A DNA stretch of 64,000 nt from Myxococcota bacterium (GTDB lineage: Bacteria; Myxococcota_A; UBA9160; UBA4427): the NCBI GenBank assembly GCA_965250285.1, contig OZ252299.1, positions 1,728,001 to 1,792,000 on the forward strand. The letters run 5' to 3'. The notes below the pieces were generated by a model that was not told where the DNA came from, did not search any database, and was given only the letters and a program-made list of their open reading frames with translations. Position numbers and translations under genes: made by a program. Positions 1 to 9,527 of this stretch are shown in pieces; position 1 is the stretch's first letter; every line of letters begins with the position of its first letter.

Positions 1-1
1 A

Positions 2-934
2 CTGGGGCTCAACCGCCGCGCCCGCGCCCGCCTCGACGGCACACGGGCCTGCATCCTGAACTACCACCGCGTGATCCCGGAGTCGGTCGCCGAACGCGAT
101 GCCGTCGAGGGGGGCATGTATGTGACCCCCGAGTCCTTTCGACTCCAACTCGACATCCTGAGCGAGCTGTTCCACGTGCTGCCGCTGGGCGAGGTGTCGG
201 ATGCAATCGTGGCAGGGCGGCGCCTGCCTCGGGGCGCGTGCGCGATCACTTTCGACGATGGTTGGCGTGACAATCTCGACTACGCCCTCCCCGAGCTCAA
301 GCGGGCCGGTCTGCCGGCCACGATCTTCGTGGTGACCGAGCGCGTGGGGACCGAGGGCGCCTTCTGGCCGGACGAAGTGTGCCGGCGCCTGAGTCCGCTC
401 GCGGCAGGCGCGCTCGCCGATGCAGCGAGCGCGATGGGTCTGCCCGGCCGCGTGGTCGATGTCGATGACGTCCTCGAGCAGCTGAAGGGTCTGCCCGAGG
501 CGCAACGCGACGAACCCATGGCGCGCCTGCGCGGCGTGACCGGTCTGCCGCATCCGCCGTCCCGCGAGCTCCTGACGTGGGACGAGCTCACGCAGCTCCA
601 TGAAGCAGGCATCGGGATCGAGTCCCATGGCGCGACCCATGCGATCCTGACCGGGCTCGACGAGCCAGAGGTCGAGGCCGAGCTCCGTCGTGCGCGCGAG
701 GCCCTGGTCGAACGCGGCTTCGGGCGCGACGCGCTGCTCGCCTACCCGTCCGGTCGTCACGACGAGCGCGTGCACGCGATCGCGAAGCGCGCGGGGTATC
801 GCGCAGCCTTCGTCCTCGACGAGCAGCTCGTCCGAGTCGGCGCACCGCCGATGACCTTGTCGAGAATGGGCGTGCACGAGGGGATCGGCCGCACGCGTCT
901 GGAGTTTCTCTGCAAGATTCCAGGTTCGCTGTGA
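2..934 (+). CDS. Polysaccharide deacetylase (NodB/CE4 family), 5'-truncated by window edge
   Basis: Frame open from base 2 (..ACILNYHRV..); motifs ITFDDGW, ESHGATH, LAYPSG. Confidence 0.9.
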   Translation: MGLNRRARARLDGTRACILNYHRVIPESVAERDAVEGGMYVTPESFRLQLDILSELFHVLPLGEVSDAIVAGRRLPRGACAITFDDGWRDNLDYALPELKRAGLPATIFVVTERVGTEGAFWPDEVCRRLSPLAAGALADAASAMGLPGRVVDVDDVLEQLKGLPEAQRDEPMARLRGVTGLPHPPSRELLTWDELTQLHEAGIGIESHGATHAILTGLDEPEVEAELRRAREALVERGFGRDALLAYPSGRHDERVHAIAKRAGYRAAFVLDEQLVRVGAPPMTLSRMGVHEGIGRTRLEFLCKIPGSL

Positions 935-1096
935 CTCGGGCGGGGAGATCTTGACGGCGAGAGAGCCGGTCCCAACGCTCTTTCGATGGCGAGCGCTCGA
1001 TTCGCGCAGGTCTCGCGACCCGGATGGGGACACCGCGGCACTCACTGGAGATCCCCCGAAGCGAGCCGGCGTGAGCCGCAGCGCGAGGATGATTCG

Positions 1097-1714
1097 ATGG
1101 CACTCGGCAGTTGGACGAGCCACATCCCGACCTGGGCGAAGGTCCCGGTGCGGTGGCTGCGGTCGGTCGAAGAGCGTCAGGACTGGTCGCATGAGATGCG
1201 TCGGCGACGCGCGGGAGAGCCCGCGTTGCCCGGTGGCCGCATCGAGCGCATCGTCGTGATCTGCCATGGCAACATCTGCCGCAGCCCCTTTGCCGGCCGC
1301 GATCTCGCCACACGACTGCCCGACTGCGAGGTGCGAACAGCGGGGCTCGAGGCCGACGACGGCAAGCCGCCCGAGCCGTTCGCGCGCATTGTCGCGGAGG
1401 ACATGGGGGTCTCCCTCGATGGCCACGGTGCGCGCCGCTTCGACGAACACGACGTCGAGTGGGCGGACCTGATCCTCGCCATGCAGGGCCGGCATCTGGC
1501 GAAGCTCGAAGCGCGTTGGTCGGGGGCCAGCGCGAATGCCCGCCTCCTGGGCGACTACCTCGATGAAGCACCGCACGTGATCGAAGATCCGTGGGGATCG
1601 GAGCGAGCCGTGTTCGAGAGCGTCTTCGCCCAGATCGGACGCGCGAATCAGCGACTGGCCGAGCTGGTCCTAGATCGCGCCGCCGGCGATGAGAGCATGG
1701 ACCATGGCCACTGA
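1097..1714 (+). CDS. Low-molecular-weight protein tyrosine phosphatase (Wzb/ArsC-like)
   Basis: P-loop VICHGNICRSP and distal IEDPW; GAGG upstream of ATG 1097 (alternative start 986). Confidence 0.85.
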   Translation: MALGSWTSHIPTWAKVPVRWLRSVEERQDWSHEMRRRRAGEPALPGGRIERIVVICHGNICRSPFAGRDLATRLPDCEVRTAGLEADDGKPPEPFARIVAEDMGVSLDGHGARRFDEHDVEWADLILAMQGRHLAKLEARWSGASANARLLGDYLDEAPHVIEDPWGSERAVFESVFAQIGRANQRLAELVLDRAAGDESMDHGH

Positions 1715-2531
1715 CGAGAAGCAGGCACGCGAGTTCTTTCGCTCGGCCGTGAGCGACTACGACCGAGTCCACTACGGACAGCGGTCGCTGATGTCGGTGC
1801 GGCTCGAGAGCGTGCTCGCCGCCATCGATGCCCTGGGCCTTTCCGAAGAAACCTCGGCGCTCGACGTCGGCTGCGGTCCCGGCTACCTGGTCGGCGAGCT
1901 CGGGCGCCGCGGCTTCGCGACGCGCGGTGTCGATACGTCGGGGCAGATGCTCGCCCAGGCCGACCGACGCCTCGAGCAGGTGGGACTCGCCAAGCGTCCG
2001 CATCTGCAGCTCGCCCAGGCCCAAGCGCTGCCGTTTCCCGACGAGAGCTTTGATCTCGTGTGCAGCACGGGCATGATCGAGTATCTGCCGGACGATGGGC
2101 CGACGCTCGAAGAGTTCCTCCGAGTGCTTCGGCCGGGGGGCCACGTGGTCGTCACGATCACGAACTTCTGGTCTCACGCTGGCTTGTTCGACGGGATCGT
2201 CGAGTGGGCAAAGCGCCAGCCCTGGCTGCTCGGCCCATTCAATCGAGTCTGGACTGCGCGTGGCAACACGGCGATTCGGCCTCGCGCTTTCGGGATCCGT
2301 CGGCACCGCCCGGCCCAGATTCGGGCGAGCTTGAAGGCGGCCGGATTCGAGCCTGAGGCTTCCGCGTTCTTCTACATGCTGCCGTGGCCCCACCCGTTCG
2401 ACCGGCTCTTCCCCGAGTGGACAGAGCGCCTCGGTCGGCAGCTCGAGTCATTGTGCTCTGGCCCGCTCGGAATCTTCGCCGAGGGTCTCGTCGTCACCGG
2501 CCGAAAGCCCGGGGGTTCGACGCGCGCCTAG
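1704..2531 (+). CDS. Class I SAM-dependent methyltransferase
   Basis: LDVGCGPG, LPFPDESFDLV, RVLRPGG motifs; overlaps the upstream stop. Confidence 0.9.
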   Translation: MATDEKQAREFFRSAVSDYDRVHYGQRSLMSVRLESVLAAIDALGLSEETSALDVGCGPGYLVGELGRRGFATRGVDTSGQMLAQADRRLEQVGLAKRPHLQLAQAQALPFPDESFDLVCSTGMIEYLPDDGPTLEEFLRVLRPGGHVVVTITNFWSHAGLFDGIVEWAKRQPWLLGPFNRVWTARGNTAIRPRAFGIRRHRPAQIRASLKAAGFEPEASAFFYMLPWPHPFDRLFPEWTERLGRQLESLCSGPLGIFAEGLVVTGRKPGGSTRA

Positions 2532-3698
2532 CTAGCTCCAGGGCCAGCTGCGCAGCTCGCGCAGGAAGGGGCGCGGGTCGTCGCGACGCCACACTTCATG
2601 GCGCGATGCATCGAAGAAGCCCCTCACGAAGTCGGTGACGACGCGCGTGCGGCTGCGGCCGGTGGCCGCGCGTTCACGTCGACGACGCAAGCAGATCAAC
2701 ATGTGGTCGAAGTCTCCGAGCATCCAGCGACAGCGCACCGCCAGGCGCGGTTCGACAGGGGGCACCCGCTCGCCACGATGGAGCGCGACCTGGATCGCGG
2801 GGAAATCGACGCCGGCGTCGATGGCGAGCTGAACGGAGCCCCAGAGCCGCGGGTTGATCTCCATCAGGAAGGCCCGGCCGTCCGTCGACCGGCGGAATTC
2901 GACCATCGCCACGCCGGTGAAGCCGAGCTCGGCGACGAGGCGGCTGCTGCCCCGAAGCAGCTTCGGATCTGGGGCGATCGATTCGCGGAGCACGCTCACC
3001 CCGCCGCGCGGTGGCTTCTCGCGGAGTCGCCGGTGGGCGAAGCTCGCCACCACCTCGCCGGCCTGAGCGGCCACGAAGATCGCCTCACCGTGACCGGGCA
3101 CGAACGTCTGCAGCAGCGCACCCTCGGCCATGCCTGGCTCGGCGGCGGCGGCGCGGAGCTCCTCCGGACCGGCCACGATGCGCACGTCGCCGGTCACCCA
3201 GCGGCCATCGCGAACGAAACGGGAGCGACGCGGCTTCAACACGACGGGATACTCGAAACCCGTGGGCAGCTCGGTCAGTTCAGATGGGTGTTCGATCAGG
3301 CACCCGGCCGGCACATCGAGACCGATGCGCAGGGCGCGTTCCACCAGCCCGTGCTTGTCCACGGCCTGCTCGTAGGCGTCGCGCGCAGGACAGACCGTCG
3401 AGAGCCGATCCGTGAGCCCGGTGGCAAAGGCGCTGCCGATGCTCACCTCCGTCACAGGAAGGAGCAGATCGGCGCCGATCCGAGCGGCGATGCGAAGGAT
3501 GCTCTCGGCCCATTCGTCGGGGCGATCACTCGCGTCGGGCACGAGGTGCTCATCGACCGAGAATCGAGAGCCGCCAGCGATCGATCCCGGATCGCTCGAA
3601 GCGACGTGGACGCTGTACCCCGAAGCCCCGAGCGAGCGCACGGCGGCGAGTGCCGCCCGGCTCTCACCGTCCGTCACGAGTATGCAGGGCGTACTCAA
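2532..3698 (-). CDS. ATP-grasp carboxylate-amine ligase (EPS-associated type)
   Basis: ILVTDG N-terminus, YPVVLKP, LLQTFVPG, AMVEFR, LMEINPRLWGS. Confidence 0.88.
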   Translation of the reverse strand: MSTPCILVTDGESRAALAAVRSLGASGYSVHVASSDPGSIAGGSRFSVDEHLVPDASDRPDEWAESILRIAARIGADLLLPVTEVSIGSAFATGLTDRLSTVCPARDAYEQAVDKHGLVERALRIGLDVPAGCLIEHPSELTELPTGFEYPVVLKPRRSRFVRDGRWVTGDVRIVAGPEELRAAAAEPGMAEGALLQTFVPGHGEAIFVAAQAGEVVASFAHRRLREKPPRGGVSVLRESIAPDPKLLRGSSRLVAELGFTGVAMVEFRRSTDGRAFLMEINPRLWGSVQLAIDAGVDFPAIQVALHRGERVPPVEPRLAVRCRWMLGDFDHMLICLRRRRERAATGRSRTRVVTDFVRGFFDASRHEVWRRDDPRPFLRELRSWPWS

Positions 3699-4222
3699 CT
3701 CGCCTCCGTCGCACGCCGGCGGGCGACCTTCCGGTCTGCGCGCGGGCGCCCCGTGGCGTCGCGCGGATGCACTCGATCGCCATCAGACGTGGGTCAGGGC
3801 CCGACCTCTCCCCGACTTGGCGCGCCGACGATCGGCGCCGCACGCCGGGGCGCTCTTCACGGTCGAGCAGGCTCCTCTGGATCGGCGTGCGGCCGGCCGA
3901 TGTGTAGCGCGCGCCGGCGGGTTTTCGCGCTCAGACCGATGTCCTATACACCGCGACCTTGACACCTGCACTGGAGCGCACCGGCGGTGCGGCCCGCGCG
4001 GAACGGCTGCGGCTGTCACGGTGACGAATGTCCCGAACCGGCGGGCCTGGAGCCCCGGCGGAGACGGAAACCCGCGTTCCAAAAGGCTTTGTCCCGACGC
4101 GGGCCTCGGCCAGCGACAGAATCGAGACGAACGTGAGGGCCGTCACGTGGGATCTCCCCGCACTTCACGATGCAGTGCTCGAACGTCGGTTCCCGGCGAT
4201 GCACGTTAGGAGGCAACACACC

Positions 4223-5272
4223 ATGTCCATTTCCTGGCTCGATCGGGCCATCCCGCACGCCGCAGGTGCCTTCACGGTCGCCATCGCGCTGCTCGTGGGA
4301 TCGAACGCCGTTGCCCAGGAGCAGCGCTGCGACGAGCTGGGCTCGAACTGCATCTGTAGTGAGCCGATGAACGCCAATGACGGCGGAATTTCGTCCGGCC
4401 ACGATTTCTCCGACTCGCCCAGCGCGACCGAGTGCGATCGCTACGCGAAGTTCTACGACAGCAACAAATCGTCGAGCAACGTGCGGATGGTGTCGGAGAC
4501 CGACATGCCGGCCGGCAACGACACGTCGCACGTGCTCGAGGTGACGTCGAGCGGCGGCAACATCGTCTGGCTGAACGGTCGAGCCCGCCCCGCCTCATCC
4601 GACGAGCGCGTCTGCGTTCGGTACTACTTCAAGGTCACACGCGACTTTTCGGGCGCGGGCCCCAACAACAAAGGCTGCCCCAGCGAGCGCAATAAGCTGC
4701 TTCAGTTCAGCTTCGGCAGCAGCTCGCCGTACCAGGTCTCTGAGTATCCCGGTTCGTCGTGTCAGGGGCCGCCCGGCAGCGGTCTCGCGCCGTACGGCAA
4801 GATCTCTTCGATCCAGCACGGCATGTCCTCGGGTGGCGCCAAGTCACTCTCGCCCGGAGTCGACTGGACCTCGTGCATGGAGGGCGAAGGCTGGTGCCGA
4901 CTCGAGTCGTGTGTCCATGGCGACCTGCAGGCCGGTCGCAACATCTATGTCGACACGAAGCTCAAGGCGCTCAGCACCGGCGTCGAGTCGGTGCAGATTA
5001 ATCATGGTCCCGTGAACCCCGGACAGGGTCTCTCCCTCGTGTCGGCGGACATCTTCCACGGACAGGGTTCGGGGCCCACAGGCAGCCGCTTCCTCAGCCA
5101 CTTCATGCAGGCCGCGTTCAGCTCGAACAACGGCCAGTGGATCGGCGCCGCCTACGAGGTCGAGGGCGGTGGAGGCGGAGGCGGCGGGAGTTCGCCGCCT
5201 CCGGCGCCGGCACCCGAGCCCGAGCCGGACCCCGGCCCGGCCTCGCTCGAGCCCCCGCAGCTGCTCGAGTAG
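4223..5272 (+). CDS. Secreted Cys-rich hypothetical protein, possibly a beta-jelly-roll polysaccharide lyase-like fold, with Gly/Pro-rich C-terminal tail
   Basis: AGGAGG RBS; signal peptide ending AVA-Q; 10 Cys; VRYYFK...KL...W.RLE pattern; tail G8-SSPPPAPAPEPEPDPGPASLEPPQLLE. Confidence 0.7.
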   Translation: MSISWLDRAIPHAAGAFTVAIALLVGSNAVAQEQRCDELGSNCICSEPMNANDGGISSGHDFSDSPSATECDRYAKFYDSNKSSSNVRMVSETDMPAGNDTSHVLEVTSSGGNIVWLNGRARPASSDERVCVRYYFKVTRDFSGAGPNNKGCPSERNKLLQFSFGSSSPYQVSEYPGSSCQGPPGSGLAPYGKISSIQHGMSSGGAKSLSPGVDWTSCMEGEGWCRLESCVHGDLQAGRNIYVDTKLKALSTGVESVQINHGPVNPGQGLSLVSADIFHGQGSGPTGSRFLSHFMQAAFSSNNGQWIGAAYEVEGGGGGGGGSSPPPAPAPEPEPDPGPASLEPPQLLE

Positions 5273-5367
5273 CCCGGGGACTCGACGCACGGATCCGCAC
5301 CGCCGGGCGCGTCCGACGCCCTGTCGTCGGCCGACCGGTCCCACTTCACCTAACCTCTCGTCCCGCC

Positions 5368-5401
5368 GATGCAGGAGCGATCACGCGATCGCTCCTGCAT
5401 C
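5368..5401. terminator. Perfect 15-bp hairpin; probable terminator or mRNA processing stem
   Basis: GATGCAGGAGCGATC-ACGC-GATCGCTCCTGCATC followed by pyrimidine-rich TCCTTCT. Confidence 0.6.
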
Positions 5402-5449
5402 TCCTTCTGGGCTGCGCGGCTTCGCGTCTGACCCTCTGAACGGGACGGC

Positions 5450-6346
5450 ATGACGGAATCCAAGCGGCCTTCTAGTGACACGGCCCCGGTGTTCGTGGTC
5501 GGGACCGGACGCTGCGGGTCGACCATCGTCGACTCGGTCCTGTCCATGCACCCCGCGTTCTCGTGGATGCCGAGCTGGGTCGACACGTTCGGGATCGCCG
5601 AGCTGGCCGTCGTCAACCGACTCTGGTCCGTTCCTGGGACCGACGAGTACCGCCTGAAGCGCTACTTCCCGACGCCGATCGAGCCGTACGAGGCATTTCG
5701 ACGCCGGGATCCCGAGTTCTGGACCGAGGCGCTGAGCGACGTCGGCCTGCGCAGCGCCGAGCGACACGTCGTTCCCCTGATCGAACGCATCCGGCGTGCC
5801 CACGGCAACCCCCGCTATCTGGCGAAGCTCGTCGGGCGTCCCGTCAAGATCAACCTCTTCCATCGGCTCTATCCCGAGGCGTACTTCGTGCATGTGACGC
5901 GCGAGTTGAAGCCGACGCTGAGTTCGCTCCTGAAGGTCGAGTTCTACACCGACTGGGGTCAGGATCTCGAGGGCTGGCCGTGGGAGGAGATCCCGCCGGA
6001 GATCCTCGATCTCTACGAGCGCAGCGGACGACCGAACGCCCTGGGTGCGGCGATCGGACTGGTCCTCAACCGACGTCGCGTCGACGCACAATTGGCCGAG
6101 ATCGACCCGGCGAAGGTGGTCGAAGCCCCGTACGCGAGCTTCGTTCAGGATCCCGTTTCGTCGACACGGGTCATCGCCGACCGGGTGGGGCTCGACTTCA
6201 CCGACGCGTTCGCGGACCGCATCGCTGCCCGGTCGATCTACGGCGGCGCTGATGAGAAGTGGAAGCGCCACCTCGAGGCGGACGTCATCGACCAGCTCGA
6301 CGAGTTGGATGCGATCGTCGCCGCGCGTGCTGGGTCAGTGGCATGA
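5450..6346 (+). CDS. Sulfotransferase family protein
   Basis: 5'-PSB motif PVFVVGTGRCGST; FVHVTR..S 3'-PB-like motif; Y..FVQDP; C-terminal KWK. Confidence 0.85.
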   Translation: MTESKRPSSDTAPVFVVGTGRCGSTIVDSVLSMHPAFSWMPSWVDTFGIAELAVVNRLWSVPGTDEYRLKRYFPTPIEPYEAFRRRDPEFWTEALSDVGLRSAERHVVPLIERIRRAHGNPRYLAKLVGRPVKINLFHRLYPEAYFVHVTRELKPTLSSLLKVEFYTDWGQDLEGWPWEEIPPEILDLYERSGRPNALGAAIGLVLNRRRVDAQLAEIDPAKVVEAPYASFVQDPVSSTRVIADRVGLDFTDAFADRIAARSIYGGADEKWKRHLEADVIDQLDELDAIVAARAGSVA

Positions 6347-7272
6347 GCGAGTACCCGGGTGGACGCCGCTTCGCGTTCAGCATCCTCGACGACACCGACG
6401 ACTCGACCCTCGAGAACGCGCGCCCGGTGTACGACTGCCTCGAACGCCTGGGGTTTCGCACGACGAAGACGGTTTGGACACACGATTGTCCTCGGGGCAG
6501 CCGAATCTTCTATGCCGCCGACACACTCGAACGACCGGACTATCTACGCTGGGTGCACGAGCTGGTCGGCGCCGGCTTCGAGCTTGCCTCGCACGGTGCG
6601 ACCATGGAGTCGAGCACGCGGGAAGAGACCCTCCGCAGCCTCGAGTTCTTCGAGTCGGAGTTCGGGAGTACGCCGCGGCTCTACGCAAATCATGGATTCA
6701 ATCGGGAGAATCTCTACTGGGGCGCGAAGCGTTTCGGCACGCCCGCGCTTCGCTGGGTGCTGGAGCGCTTTCGCTCGGGGGCCGGCTTCGACGGTGACGA
6801 AGAGGCTTCTCCGTATTTCTGGGGCGATCTGTGTCGCGACCGCGTCCGGTACGTGCGCAACTTCACGTTCAGCGGCCTCGATATGCTGAAACAGAACGGC
6901 GAGATGCCCTACCGGCTCGACTCCACGCCATGGGTCGATCTCTGGTTCTCGACGACCGACGCGCCCGACGCGGACACGTTCGTCCGGCGCATCACGCGCG
7001 AGCGGCTCGAGCGACTCGAGCGAGACGGGGGCGTGTGCATCGTTTCGACTCATCTCGGCAAGGGGTATGCACCGGACGGGCAGGTGCGGGAAGACTTCGA
7101 GTCGATCATGACCTGGCTGTCGGAGCGCCCGGGCTGGTTCGTACCGGTCTCGGAGATCCTCGACCACCTGGTGGGGCGCGGCGCGGGCGATCGGCTCGGC
7201 CGCCGTCGGCGAGCCGCACTCGAAGCGCGCTACCTGGTCGACCAGGTTCTGTGCCGCCTCGGCGTACGCTGA
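6343..7272 (+). CDS. Polysaccharide deacetylase-like protein (atypical DDTDD family)
   Basis: FAFSILDDTDD, FELASHG, ANH, IVSTHLG, WFVPVSEILD; ATGA overlap with the sulfotransferase. Confidence 0.7.
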   Translation: MSEYPGGRRFAFSILDDTDDSTLENARPVYDCLERLGFRTTKTVWTHDCPRGSRIFYAADTLERPDYLRWVHELVGAGFELASHGATMESSTREETLRSLEFFESEFGSTPRLYANHGFNRENLYWGAKRFGTPALRWVLERFRSGAGFDGDEEASPYFWGDLCRDRVRYVRNFTFSGLDMLKQNGEMPYRLDSTPWVDLWFSTTDAPDADTFVRRITRERLERLERDGGVCIVSTHLGKGYAPDGQVREDFESIMTWLSERPGWFVPVSEILDHLVGRGAGDRLGRRRRAALEARYLVDQVLCRLGVR

Positions 7273-7447
7273 CCCGCATCGTGCGGCCGCTGCTTGTCGT
7301 CAAGTCTCGAAGTGTCGTCCGCCCGCGTCTCGTCCGCGTCGCACCGAGAGATGACACTTCGTCTGGCGTCGGGGGCACCCTCCTTGGCGTTGCCGTTCCG
7401 CACGAGACGCAGCGGTGCTGGAGAGCGACCAAGAAAGGGCCGATCGA

Positions 7448-8881
7448 ATGACCGAGCCGCGGCCCCTGTTTGAATCTCCGCCCGACGCGGACACTCCGCC
7501 CCGGCGCGCTCTGCTCTTTGCATACCACTTCCCACCCGGGCAGGCGGCGGGCGCGCTGCGTTGGCAGAAGTTCGTCGAGCTGGGTGCCGGTCACGGCTGG
7601 GCCTTCGACGTGCTGACCGCGCACCCCGACGCCCTCGCCAGCGCCGATTCGGGGCGCCTGACGTCCCTTCCCCCGGGCACGCGCGTCTTCGGCGTTCGGG
7701 AGTCGACTCTCTGGATCGAGCGCCTCGAGGCTCTGGCCTGGCGGGCCTTCTCGACGGTCCGGTCCTTGCTGAAGCGCCGAGCGTCGGGCGTATCCAACGA
7801 GGAGGTCGACGCGACGCCCCAGTCGGCGACCGACGGAGGCACCGGTTCGGTCGGGCGCCATGAGCTGCGTTTCGACTGGGCCGACATCCGCAGCTGGTGG
7901 CGCGCCTACCAAAGCCTGCTCGAGATCGCTCGCGAACGCGCCTGGTCGCGTCGGGCAGAAAAACTCGGGCAGCGGATCGCCACGCCGAAGCACGGTGTGA
8001 TCCTGTCCTCGAGTCCGCCCGAGATGCCGCACGTCGCGGCCGCCCGGTTGGCTGCGCGCCTGGGTGTTCCGTTCATCGCCGACTTTCGGGACCCGTGGTC
8101 GCTGCGCGAGCGGCTGCCCGAGCACCTGGCCAGTCCGATCGGCCAGCGCGTGGCCCGACGCCTCGAAGAACACCTGGCCCGGCGCGCCTCGAAGATCGTG
8201 ATGAACACGATCGCGGCGCGCGACGCCATGCGTGCGCTGTATCCCGCCCGACACGACGACATCGTCGCGATTCCGAATGGGTTCGACGAAGACCCCCTGC
8301 CCGCCGCAGAAGGATCAACCGACTGCTTCAGAATCGCCTATGCCGGCGCCGTGTACCTGGATCGCAACCCCGCCGTGCTCCTCCGGGCGGCTGCGAGTGT
8401 CATTGCCGCGCTGGGTTTGCGGCCGGACATGTTTTCCATCGAGTTCATGGGCTTCGTGAGTCCACGAATGAACCTCGAAGGGATGTCAACCGCCGCGGGC
8501 GTGGCCTCGTTCGTCCACGTCCGCCCGGCCGGCACGCGAAGCGAGGCCGCAGCGTTCCTCGGGCGGGGGAGCATGCTCTTGAATCTTCCTCAGGACAGCC
8601 ACCTCGCGATCCCATCGAAGATCTACGAGTACATGCGCTACGGCGCCCACATGCTGGTCCTCGCCGAGCCCCAGAGTGCGACAGCCGCGTTGCTCGCGGG
8701 CAGCCCGGCGGACGTGGTCGCGCCCGATGACGAAGAAGCGATCGCGCGCGTCCTCTCAACACGCGTGCAGGCCTGGCGCCGCGGCGAGCGTCCGCGCCCC
8801 ATTTCGGCGGACGCGCGATACAGCCGAGCGACCAGCGCCCGGCGATTGTACGCACTGATCGAAACGGTGGTCGAAGCATGA
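7448..8881 (+). CDS. Glycosyltransferase family 4 (GT-B)
   Basis: AYHFPP, SSPP, ADFRDPW, IPNGFD, YAG, IPSKIYEY motifs. Confidence 0.9.
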   Translation: MTEPRPLFESPPDADTPPRRALLFAYHFPPGQAAGALRWQKFVELGAGHGWAFDVLTAHPDALASADSGRLTSLPPGTRVFGVRESTLWIERLEALAWRAFSTVRSLLKRRASGVSNEEVDATPQSATDGGTGSVGRHELRFDWADIRSWWRAYQSLLEIARERAWSRRAEKLGQRIATPKHGVILSSSPPEMPHVAAARLAARLGVPFIADFRDPWSLRERLPEHLASPIGQRVARRLEEHLARRASKIVMNTIAARDAMRALYPARHDDIVAIPNGFDEDPLPAAEGSTDCFRIAYAGAVYLDRNPAVLLRAAASVIAALGLRPDMFSIEFMGFVSPRMNLEGMSTAAGVASFVHVRPAGTRSEAAAFLGRGSMLLNLPQDSHLAIPSKIYEYMRYGAHMLVLAEPQSATAALLAGSPADVVAPDDEEAIARVLSTRVQAWRRGERPRPISADARYSRATSARRLYALIETVVEA

Positions 8882-8981
8882 AGGTCGGCGGATCGTCCGC
8901 GCCGCCTGTAGATGCTCGACCACGTCCGTCGACGATTCCGGCTACGCTGGATCGACCCATGCCGGAGAGAGAGCCTCGAAA

Positions 8982-9527
8982 GTGAGACTGACCGAAACCG
9001 ACATTCAGGGTGCCTTCATCGTCGACCTCGAGCCCCACCGCGACGAGCGGGGGTTCTTCGCGCGCAGCTTCTGTCAGCACGAGTTCGAGGACCGGGGCCT
9101 GTCGCCGGTCGTGGCGCAGTGCAATGTCTCGTTCAACGCGCAGGCTGGCACGCTGCGCGGCATGCACTATCAGCTCCCGCCCTCGGCCGAGGCCAAGCTC
9201 GTGCGCTGCACCTCGGGCGGCATCTACGACGCGATCGTCGACGTGCGGCCGTCGTCGCCGACGTACCTCGAAACGGTCGGTGTCGAGCTGACGGCCGAGA
9301 ATCGCAGCGCGCTCTACGTGCCCGAGGGCTGCGCGCACGGCTTTCAGACCCTCACCGACGACACCGAGGTCTTCTATCAGATGAGCGAGTTCTATGCGCC
9401 GGGGCTCGCGCGTGGCTTCCGGTACGACGATCCGCGCTTCGCCATTGCGTGGCCGCTCGAGCCGAGCTGCGTCTCCGAGAACGATCTGGCGCTTGCGCCG
9501 TACGATCCGGAGCGAGCACATGAGTGA
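8982..9527 (+). CDS. rfbC: dTDP-4-dehydrorhamnose 3,5-epimerase family protein
   Basis: DERGFFAR, GTLRGMHYQ, EAKLVRC, LYVPEGCAHGFQTL. Confidence 0.93.
   Translation: MRLTETDIQGAFIVDLEPHRDERGFFARSFCQHEFEDRGLSPVVAQCNVSFNAQAGTLRGMHYQLPPSAEAKLVRCTSGGIYDAIVDVRPSSPTYLETVGVELTAENRSALYVPEGCAHGFQTLTDDTEVFYQMSEFYAPGLARGFRYDDPRFAIAWPLEPSCVSENDLALAPYDPERAHE

Noticed and set aside
3959..3964. TTGACA in the divergent intergenic region
   Set aside because: No plausible -10 hexamer 16-18 bp downstream
5200..5272. PEPEP near the C-terminus as a PEP-CTERM signal
   Set aside because: No transmembrane helix or basic cluster follows
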